Below, in pieces: positions 51,015 through 60,800 of a stretch of DNA of 64,000 nucleotides; within the stretch, counting starts at the first letter, position 1; each line of letters starts with the position of its first letter. The notes under the pieces were generated by a model. The model was not told the DNA's origin. It ran no database searches and worked only from the letters and a program-made list of their open reading frames with translations. Origin of the DNA: Macrostomum lignano (Eukaryota); contig NIVC01001666.1 of the NCBI GenBank assembly GCA_002269645.1, forward strand, positions 189,829 to 253,828, given 5' to 3'. The position numbers and the translations under genes were made by a program.

Positions 51015-54000
51015 CGCAATGTCAAACAACGAAGAGCGACCATGTCGAACATTATAGAGCCAACATTTCGAATATAAAAGAGTTACCATGTCAAACATAA
51101 AATAAGCACTATGTCAAACATATACGTGACTCCATGTCAACGATTAAAAAGCCACCATTTCAAACATAGAAGAGCCACTATGTCAAACCTAAACAAGCCA
51201 CCACGTCTAACATTAAAGAGCCACCATGTCAAACATTTAAGAGCCACCATGTCAAACATTAAAGAGCCCCCATGTCAAACATTTAAGAGCCACCATGTCA
51301 AACATTTAAGAGCCACCATGTCAAACATATATGTGACTTTATGTCAAACTTTAAAGAGCCACCATTTCGAACATCAAATAGCCACTTTGTCGAAAATTAA
51401 AGAGCCACCGTGTCAAACATAGAAGAGCCACCATGTTAAACATAGAAGAGCCACCATGTCAGACATTAAAAAGCCACCGTATCAAACATAAAAGAGTTAC
51501 CATGTAGAACAAAAAACAGCCACCATGTCGAACATAAAAGAGCCACCATGTAGAATATTAAAGAGCCACCATGAAGAACATTAAAGAGCCACCATGAAGA
51601 ACATTAAAGAGCCACCATGTCAAACATAAAAGAGCCACCATGTCAGACATTAAAAAGCCACCGTATCAAACATAAAAGAGTTACCATGTAGAACATTAAA
51701 GAGCCACCATTTCAAACAGTAAAGAGCCACCATGTCAAACATAAAAGAGCCACCATGTCAAACATTAAAAAGCCACCATGTCAAACATAAAAGAGCCACC
51801 ATGTAGAATATTAAAGAGCCACCATGAAGAACATTAAAGAGCCACCATGTCAAACATTTAAGAGCCACCATGTCAAACATTTAAGAGCCACCATCTCAAA
51901 CATATATGTGACTTTATGTCAAACTTTAAAGAGCCACCATTTCGAACATTAAATAGCCACTTTGTCAAACACTAGAGAGCCGCCGTGTCAAACATAAAAG
52001 AGCCACCAGGTTAAACATTAAAGAGCCACCATGTCAGACATTAAAAAGCCACCGTATCAAACATAAAAGAGTTACCGTGTAGAACATTAAAGAGCCACTA
52101 TTTCACACAGTAAAGAGCCACCATGTCAAACATAAAAGAGCCACCATGTCAAACATTAAAAAGCTACCATGTCGAACATAAAAGAGCCACCATGTCAAAC
52201 ATTAAAAAGCTACCATGTCGAACATTAAAGAGCTACCATGTCAAACATTAAAGAGCCACCATGTCAAACATTAAAGAGCCACCATGGCGAACATTAAAGA
52301 GCCACCATGGCGAACATTAAAGAGCCACCATGTCAAACATAAAAGAGCCACCATGTCAAACATTAAAAGTCACCATGCTAAACATTAAAGAGCCACCATA
52401 TCAAGCATAAAAGAGCCACCATGTCAAACATTAAAAAGCTACCATGTCGAACATTAAAGAGCTACCATGTCAAACATTAAAGAGCCACCATGTCAAACAT
52501 AAAAGAGCCAACATGTCAAACATTAAAAAGCTACCATGTCGAACATTAAAGAGCTACCATGTCAAACATTAAAGAGCTATCATGTCGAACACAAAATAGC
52601 CACAATGTCAAACATTGAAGAGACACTATGTCAAACGTATACGTGACTCCATGTCAAACATAAAAGTGCCACCATGTCAAACTTTAAAGAGCCACCATGG
52701 CGAACATTAAAAAGCCACCATGTCAAACATAAAAGTGCCACTATGTCAAACATTAAAGAGCCACCATGTCGAACATTAAAGAGCCACCATGTCAAACACT
52801 AAAGAGCCACCATGGCGAACATTAAAGAGCCACCATGGCGAACATTAAAGAGCCACCATGTCAAACATAAAAGAGCCACCATGTCAAACATTAAAAGTCA
52901 CCATGCTAAACATTAAAGAGCCACCATATCAAGCATAAAAGAGCCACCATGTCAAACCTAAAAGAGCCATCATGTCAAACATAAAAGAGCCAACATGTCA
53001 AACATAAAACAGCCAACATGTCAAACATAAAGAGCCACCATGTCAAACATTTAAGAGCCACCATGTCAAACATATATGTGACTTTGTGTCAAACATTAAA
53101 GAGCCACCTTTTCGAACATTAAAGAGCCACCATTTCGAACATTAAAGAGCCACCATGTCAAACATGAAAGAGCAATAACATGAAGAATATTAAAGAGCCA
53201 CCATGTCGAACATTTAAGAGCCACCATGTTAAACCTAAAAGAGCCACCATGTTAAACCTAAAAGAGCCACCATGTTAAACCTAAAAGAGCCACCATGTTA
53301 AACCTAAAAGAGCCATCATGTTAAACCTAACAGAGCCATCATGTCAAACCTAAAAGAGCCACCATGTCGAACATTTAAGAGCCACAATGTAAAATATTAA
53401 AGAGCCACCATTTCGAACATATAAGTGACTTTATGTCAAACATTAAAGAGCCACCATGTCAAACATTAAAGAGCCACCATGTTAAACATAAAAGAGCCAC
53501 CATGTAGAATATTAAAGAGCCACTATGTTGAACATTAAACAGCCATCATGTCAAACCTAAAAGATCCACCATTTCGAACACTTAAGAGCCACAATGTAGA
53601 ATATTAAAGAGCTACCATGTCAAACATTTAAGAGCCACCATGTAAAACATTAAAGAGCCACCATTTGAAACATTAAAGAGTCACCATGTCAAACATTAAG
53701 GAGCCACCATGTCAAACATTTAAGAGCCACCATGTCAAACCTAAAAGAGCCACCATGTCAAACATAAAAGAGCCACCATGTCAAACATAAAAGAGCCACC
53801 ATGTCAAACATAAAAGAGCCACCATGAAAAACATTAAAGAGCCACTTTCTCGAACATTAAAGAGCCACCATGTCAAACATTTAAGAGCCACCATGTCAAT
53901 TATATATGTGTCTTTATGTCAAACATTAAAGAGCCACCATTTCGAACATTAAGGAGCCACCATGTCAAACATTTAAAAGCCTCCTTTTGAAACATTAAAT

Positions 54001-54225
54001 AGCCACTTTGTCGAACATTAAAGAGCCACTGTGTCAAACATAAAAGAGCCACTGTTTCAAAAATAAAAGAGCCACCAGGTTAAACATTAAAGAGCCACCA
54101 TGTCAAACATAAAAGAGCCACCATGTTAAACATAAAAGAGCCACCATGTCTGACATTAAAAAGCCATCGTTTCAAACATAAAACAGTTGCCATGTAGAAC
54201 ATAAAACAGCCACCATGTCAAACAT
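51015..54225. repeat. 23-bp satellite (aaagagccaccatgtcaaacatt) inside Helitron-like element 2
   Basis: ~3.2 kb of moderately diverged tandem copies; it resumes briefly at 56706-56770. Confidence 0.95.
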
Positions 54226-54240
54226 GGTGGCTGTTTTTTC

Positions 54241-56706
54241 CCTGACAATATCGCCCCCTGTATCCTGCAGGAGGCGCTAAAGCTGCAAAACTTTGCTGAT
54301 TCTTTCTCTAAATTGCTTGTTGACTGTTATACCACAGGTTACATTCCCACAATCTGGAGAATGTCCAGAGTCGTGTTCATCCCGAAACCTGCTAAGGGTG
54401 ACTACACCAACGTGAAATCCTTCCGGCCCATCAGCCTCACTTCCTTTTGTGTTAAGCTGATGGAGAGGCTCATCCTGTGGAGGCTTCGAGAGTGCGACCT
54501 GCGCTCCGACCCTGTCAGTAAGTACCAGTACGCCTTCCAGCCTGGGAGGACGACTGAGCATGCTCTCCACGCCATTACCTCCAAAATTGAGAGTGCCATC
54601 CTTAGCAAACAACTCGCTTGCGGGTTGTTCGTTGACTTCGAAGGAGCATTTGACAATGTCCTCTTCCGCTCCTTCAGAAATTCTCTTTCCCGCAGGAATG
54701 TAAGACACAGCATTGTTCGCTGGATTTATTTTATGATCCGCAAAAGGTTTGTGACATCCACACTTATGGGCGTTACCCTCACCCGGGCGGTGATGAAAGG
54801 CGGCCCGCAAGGTGGCGTGCTAACTCCACTTCTCTGGAATCTCGTCATGGACGAACTTCTAACCGCTGACATTCCCAGCAGTATCACCAGGGCGGGCTAC
54901 GCCGATGACGTTGCCGCGGTCGTCAGCGGACCCGACCCCGCCACTCTGCGCAACCTGATGCAGCAATTCGCCGACAAGGCGGCCGACTGGGCTACACAGC
55001 ATGGCCTAAAAATCAGCGTCACTAAGACTGTCGCTGTCGTTTTCACCAAGCGCCGTAAATGGGAGATGAAAAACCTCACTGTCTATGGCAGAAACATCCC
55101 CTTCAAGAAGGAGGTCAAATACCTCGGTGTGACGCTAACGCATGACCTGCGCTGGACGAAGCACCTTGATAACGTCATCGGTCGGGCAAAACGCTGCTTT
55201 GCCCAGCTGCGCAGAGCCATCGGGCCGACTTGGGGCCTCTCGCCTAGAACGGTCCGTTGGATTTATACCGGCATCATCCGGCCCAGTATCACATACGCGA
55301 GTCTCATCTGGACTAGCGTGCTGGAGCAGAAGGCCGCCCGTCAGCGGCTGTACCAGCTTCAGGGCAGCATTTGCCGTGCCATCACAGGTGCGTACCCGTC
55401 CACCCCTTACGAGGGGCTGAACACTATCCTTAACCTACCTCCGCTTCACCTATTTATTAGGGCGGAGGCTATGAAGTCTGCCTCCCGGCTTATCAGAGAT
55501 AAAACGTTAAATAACGCGCCCTCTGGCTTTATGCCAATGAAAACATTAATCCCGCATATGGACTTTGTCCGCCGCGACCTTAACAACATCCACATGGACC
55601 TGGGCAATGTGGATAGTCGACCTCCCGCCCTCAACATCAGGAGGGGCTTCAAGACCGCCATCCCTGGCCGAGACAACATTCCGCTGGATGTCGGTGTGAA
55701 CCGGCGCAGCCAGGGCATTCACTGCTTCACCGACGGCTCGCTGTTCAACGGCCGCGCTGGAGCGGGTATTGCCATTTTCCACGAGGGTAAGATGCTTCTC
55801 CAGGAAAGTCTGCACCTCGGTGAGAACACCTCAGTTTTCCAAGCTGAAATTTGCGCCATTGAGCAGTGTGCCCAGCAACTGTTTCAGGCGAACATTAATA
55901 ATTTTGACATTAATTTCTACACTGATAGCCAAGCTGCTATTAAGGCCTTAACCACTGAGAATATCTCCGCTGCTACAGTATCTCAATGCCACCGCAGTGT
56001 GCAATCTCTCTCAGTCCTTAACAGGATTAGAATTATCTGGACACCTGGTCACAGCAACATCCTGGGCAACGAGCTCGCGGACTCTCTCGCCAAGGAGGGC
56101 AGCAACCCAGACGGCAACCACCGTCTGATGAGGCTACCCACCCCCAGGTCGCAAGTCACCCGCCATATCAACAGGTGGCTCCATCAGCAGCACCAGCTCC
56201 ACTGGAACAGCTGCACCGAGTACAGGCAGAGCCGCTCTGCCATGCCTAACCTGAACAGGAAAGTCTCTGATTATCTGATTTCGCTTAACAGAACCGACCT
56301 CAGGGAGATGTGCATGGTCCTAACCGGCCACGGATTCTTCCAGAGACATATATCGTTGCAAACCGGTTGCCCTCCCACCTGTCCCTTCTGTGGCATAGGA
56401 GAGGAGACCGCGGAGCATCACGTCACCTTCTGCCCTTACTTCAACAAGGCGCGGCACAAATACCTCGGCCACCCCCAGCGGATGGACGAGCTGACCACCG
56501 CGGACAATATCCGAGACCTCCGCGCCTTCGTCCGGGACTCCGGCCGGATGAGGGTCGCCGATGCCTCCACTGCGGACCTGCCGACTACTGGCGGGGACTG
56601 GGCGCACCCCCAAGGCTAATCCTTGTGCTCTTTTACCTTGGGGTTGCGATAGGGGCCTCGCGGCCTATTCGCGGCGCCTGCGCCCCCCGTCAGTAGTAAG
56701 TAAGTA
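54241..56706 (+). mobile_element. 5'-truncated non-LTR retrotransposon (LOA/Lian-like, I group) with intact RT + RNase H ORF
   Basis: Open frame from ~54241 (PDNIAP, remnant of the GPD motif before RT) to TAA at 56619. Short GC-rich 3' UTR and an agtagtaagtaagta tail. Candidate 11-bp TSD atgtcaaacat at 54215-54225 and 56706-56716; the target is a satellite, so the TSD is not unique. APE endonuclease and ORF1 are absent. Confidence 0.92.
54313..56619 (+). CDS. Reverse transcriptase-RNase H polyprotein fragment (ORF2), no native start codon
   Basis: [44 protein letters not shown]; RNase [35 protein letters not shown]; C-terminal TGHG..CPFC..H...C knuckle. No stops or frameshifts. Confidence 0.93.
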   Translation: MLVDCYTTGYIPTIWRMSRVVFIPKPAKGDYTNVKSFRPISLTSFCVKLMERLILWRLRECDLRSDPVSKYQYAFQPGRTTEHALHAITSKIESAILSKQLACGLFVDFEGAFDNVLFRSFRNSLSRRNVRHSIVRWIYFMIRKRFVTSTLMGVTLTRAVMKGGPQGGVLTPLLWNLVMDELLTADIPSSITRAGYADDVAAVVSGPDPATLRNLMQQFADKAADWATQHGLKISVTKTVAVVFTKRRKWEMKNLTVYGRNIPFKKEVKYLGVTLTHDLRWTKHLDNVIGRAKRCFAQLRRAIGPTWGLSPRTVRWIYTGIIRPSITYASLIWTSVLEQKAARQRLYQLQGSICRAITGAYPSTPYEGLNTILNLPPLHLFIRAEAMKSASRLIRDKTLNNAPSGFMPMKTLIPHMDFVRRDLNNIHMDLGNVDSRPPALNIRRGFKTAIPGRDNIPLDVGVNRRSQGIHCFTDGSLFNGRAGAGIAIFHEGKMLLQESLHLGENTSVFQAEICAIEQCAQQLFQANINNFDINFYTDSQAAIKALTTENISAATVSQCHRSVQSLSVLNRIRIIWTPGHSNILGNELADSLAKEGSNPDGNHRLMRLPTPRSQVTRHINRWLHQQHQLHWNSCTEYRQSRSAMPNLNRKVSDYLISLNRTDLREMCMVLTGHGFFQRHISLQTGCPPTCPFCGIGEETAEHHVTFCPYFNKARHKYLGHPQRMDELTTADNIRDLRAFVRDSGRMRVADASTADLPTTGGDWAHPQG

Positions 56707-56814
56707 TGTCAAACATAAAATTTACACAATTTCAAACATAAAAGTAAGCGAATTTTAAAGGAGCCACTATAATGCTAAGGAAATTGTCGCACTAGCTACT
56801 TATTGTCTGGTGGA

Positions 56815-56930
56815 TGCTTGCTATTTGGGGATGCTATCTATGTAGGGGATGCTTGCTATCTGGGGGATGCTTGCTATCTGGGGGATGCTTGCTATCTGGG
56901 GGATGCTTGCTATCTGGGGGATGCTTGCTT
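56815..56930. repeat. 19-bp minisatellite (ggggatgcttgctatctgg) near the 3' end of Helitron-like element 2
   Basis: About 6 copies; the same motif occurs unamplified at ~47368 and ~48380. Confidence 0.8.
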
Positions 56931-57862
56931 TCTTGGGATGATTTCTTTTTGCATTGCACTTCCTTTGAGTATTTTGTCTGTTTTCTTTGTGAAGGCCTTT
57001 TTTGGCTATCTTTTTGTTACTTGTAGAGAACAGAGGTTCTATACAGATGTCCCCCAAAGGGGGGCGAAGATTGCTAGTAGATCCTCCTAAAGGGCGTCTT
57101 CGTCACGTCCGAAACGTAACAGATAACTCAAATCAATAAATAAATCCTCTAAGAATATATTCTAGGAAATAAGGAGGCCTTTCTCAAAGATCTCGACAAT
57201 AAATGGCTCTCGTAAACTCAATTAATCGACTTATTAATGCTAGCAACAAAGAACTAAAGCTGTTAAACGCTCACCAATTGGACAAGTGTAGTCCCTCGGA
57301 GATTGGTGTTCTTTTCTTCTTCAAAGTCTTATTTGAGACCGCTCCAAGTCTGAATTTTTTACTCGGATATTACTTCGGTCATTCATGTTTGATTAAGCGG
57401 TCATGCATGTTTAAGCATTACCTTATATGGAGTTAAGCAAACACAGCTGTTGAAAACCGGTTCCTTGATCAAACAGACGTTGGTCCTACGTAGGGTTCTA
57501 AATCACTCTACTTGCGCATGACTCTAGTCTCTAGGTTGCAGATTAAAATAGACTTTTCTTAGAGTATTACTTTATGTAGCACATTACGGTATGGTTTTAA
57601 TAACTCTCTACAGTCCATAAAGGGAAGAGGGTTGTTGGCTTATGGTGGTCTTTATTTTTTAGGCCGGGTTTTATCTGATGACGCGTTTTTGTGTTGGTTG
57701 CGTATGGAAAAAATAGTTGTAAGTATACATGTTAATTTATAAATAATGAATAATGAAACAGATAAGGCTACTGCATGTTGGAAGCTGTATCAATCCAAGT
57801 ATTTTTATGTAATGCTACAAAGTCCAGAGTGGTAAGATTGTCACAACTGTTAAAATTGTCAG

Positions 57863-60800
57863 ACGCTGCTGCTGGTTGAGCGCAGTCTGGAGCGCAGTCT
57901 CTCCAGCCACAGCCTGTCGACTCCGGGCGTGACGGAGCCGCTTGCGGTTCACTGCAGCCTGCTGAAGGCGGCCCGAGCTTTGATGAAGAAGCCAATAGCT
58001 GGCAGACAGGAACCGGTGCTGAGCAGCTTCACAATGCAAGTGAAAGTCAGCCTAGGCGAATCTCTGCCACCGCAGGCCCGTCAGAACTTTGTCAGCCAAC
58101 TGTCAACAATTGGCCGCATACGCGAGCGTCGCTGGCTGGTGACTTCAGCGCTGGGAGGCTCCGAGGCGGTCAAAATGGCCACCGAGCACCCCAGCCTGGC
58201 ACTGTCACCCGTCGGCTCGGTCGCCGTCCGTCTCGAGGGGGCATCCCGGATGACGCCAGCTCAGCTGCCACCTTCCGAGTCGGCCGCCTTCTGCTTCCTG
58301 CCGCTGCCATCTGGCGCTGAGGCTCCACCGTTCCCGGTGCTTTTGAACGGCGCGTTTGCGCTCGACTCGAGCCGGCGCCACCTGCTCGAGGCGACAGGCG
58401 ACGACAGGCGGGCGAATGGAGCCCCGGCCAGTGGAACGCCTGCCTGTTATCAGGCGTTGTGGCGCCCGCCTATTTGCGCTGCCTGGAACTGCTGGCAAAG
58501 GATGGAGCCCCGGCCGAGAAGTTTCTCCGTCTCTGGCCGCAGGGAATGGTGAGTTGCTATTCGATTTTCTAGTATGGAAGAGTTTTTTCTAAACTTTCGA
58601 ATAGCGAGTTTTGAGAACCGTTTGGAAATATTTTCAAAAATATCCGAACGAGTAATTGCTATTCATGATGCTTGAGTCTATCTTGTGCTTAACCTATTTT
58701 GTGCTTAACAAATGCTTCATCAGCGACTTTTGTGTAGTTTAAGCTGTGGACGAGTCCTAAAATTTGTGTCAGCTCACCAACGCACCATTTCTCATGTACT
58801 TTAGATCGGCCGACTGTGGGAGCCGCTTGCCCGCCAGTTGTACAAGTCGGCATTTAAATTAGATGGTCCAGCCGTGTTCCCCTGTTCCGACAGCTGGCTT
58901 AGTTTTGCCAGGAGCGAATTCGCCGAACCAACTCTGCGCAGCTTCACCAACGTTGCCAAACACTTGGAGAGTCTGATCGACCAAGTCTCTGATGGAATCG
59001 TCTGGTTAACCGCTGAAGTGCATGCAGCCGCGATCAAGTACGCCGGTCGAGAGTTTCAATGCCGCATTCTGTCTGTAGAAGACGCCGTCCTGCGTATACT
59101 GAATTCTACTGAAAAGCTGTGGCGGAGCGAACCCTTGAATATGATATTTGCGCGCGGTAATCGATCGCACTTTGAAGAATTTATTTCGTTTCTTTTAAAA
59201 CTGATTGGACGGCGCCCGGCTTTCAGTTTGACTCCTGCAGCGCACTGGTTACGCAGAAGGTGCGCGATAAAATGCGCACCACATGCTGCATACCCGACGG
59301 TCGTGGAAGCCTAAAAAGGCCAGCAGACCTGCTTAGTCCCAAGTGCCGAGCTGCCAGCCTGTTCTGCCGCACACCAGACTCCGCAGATGCAGCGATGTTT
59401 CCTCGAAATGACCTGTGCTCCGATGATTGTATACTGAAAGCTCTGAACAACCTTGGCTTGCGCACGGACATCACTGGACTGGAACTCGAGGAGCGAGCAA
59501 AAAGTGTTTCCAAGTTGCTGAACTCTCAGCTTCAGTACAATCGTATTCGCAGTCTGCTCTACTACCTTCGGGGAATGAAAAGTTCGGAAAAAAATTACGC
59601 TTTGTCTCAGTTGTCTAGGATTGCTTTCCTGCCTGTTAAGGGAGACAACTGTCTGAAATATCCACAGAATCTGTTCCGCGAGCACCTCGCAGATCTTGTC
59701 GGTCTAAACTACGATGTGCTTGACGAAACCGGTCTAAAAATTAATGATGTGGATGATGTGCTAGTTGAACTGGGCGTGCGCGACTCTGTTAGCTGGGATC
59801 TGGCTTGGCAGCAGCTGCAGTCGCTGGCCAGTAGTCATTCATCAGATTCAGATCTTTGCTACGCAGATATATGTGAAGCTGTTTACCGGCACCTCTCTGG
59901 CGATCAGTTTGCTGAAGAAATTAAACGCATGAAAAAGGCTCAAACGTCGAACAGCCGGAAACGATTAGTATTTCACGAAACCGGAGGCTTCTTGCTTCCA
60001 CAGCAGGTCTCGTTTGAACCCACTGATACAGAGCTGCCGCCTCATCTTTTCAGGTTGCGATACCTTCGAAAACCTAAAAAGTGTGCACCATTTCTACTTG
60101 CTCTCGGCGTTGCCACAAGGTTTGATGCCAGAAGTTATTGTCAAGCTCTTGCGCGCATCCATCAGCAAAGCAGCAGCGCTCCGGTATCACCGACAGTTCT
60201 ACGAAGCTGCGTTGAACTACTTAACTGCTTAATCAGTCACCTGGATACTGACGAAGATGTACCTTACTTAGAGGAGATTTTTGCACCTGACAGATCTGGA
60301 GCACTGAGACCCTGCTCAGAACTGTGCTACAACAATCTGCCATGGTTAAGCCAACTAGACCCTATGCCTGGTCTATATTTTACGCACAAGTGTCTGTCCT
60401 ATGAGATCTGCGAGCGCCTTGGAGTGCCAACTCAACGAGAACAGACCCTCCGACAGATTTGTGAGCCTTTTGGCCAAAGCGAGAATCTTACCACTCGTCT
60501 AGAAGGAATCCTAAGGGGTTACCCTCTTGGCATTGAGCTCTTCAAAGAACTTATTCAAAATGCTGACGATGCGGAAGCAACAGAAGTCATGTTTGTAAAT
60601 GACAAGCGCAAGCTACCTGGAAAGCAAGTGCTGAGTGATTCCTGGCATGAGTTGCAGGGCCTGCACTTTTGGCGTTCAGCAACTCTGTCTTCACCGAGTC
60701 GGACTTGAAGGGCATTCAGAGCTTGGGCGTTGGATCAAAGCAGTCTGAAGCGTGGAAGACTGGCCGTTTTGGTGTTGGATTCAACTGTGTGTACAACGTT

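Larger units (their letters stand above)
50410..57077 (+). mobile_element. Non-autonomous Helitron-like element 2, head-to-tail after element 1, containing a satellite and a nested retrotransposon
   Basis: TC-CTATATACTAAAAATG starts directly after the CTAG of element 1. About 550 bp are homologous to 46159-47140. The 3' hairpin CCCCC-AAA-GGGGG (57051-57063) is followed 10 nt later by CTAG|T (57074-57078). Confidence 0.72.

Noticed and set aside
56620-56692. HDV-like ribozyme in the LINE 3' UTR (cctcgcgg resembles the HDV L3 region)
   Set aside because: The nested double pseudoknot could not be built, and such ribozymes are expected at 5' ends. Only simple GC-rich stems are evident.
59075-59240. 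Small intron as an explanation for the frame break near 59221
   Set aside because: The good donor/acceptor pair (59157/59240) removes 84 nt and keeps the wrong frame. The only phase-correct pair needs a weak donor (59075) and would delete coding-like sequence.
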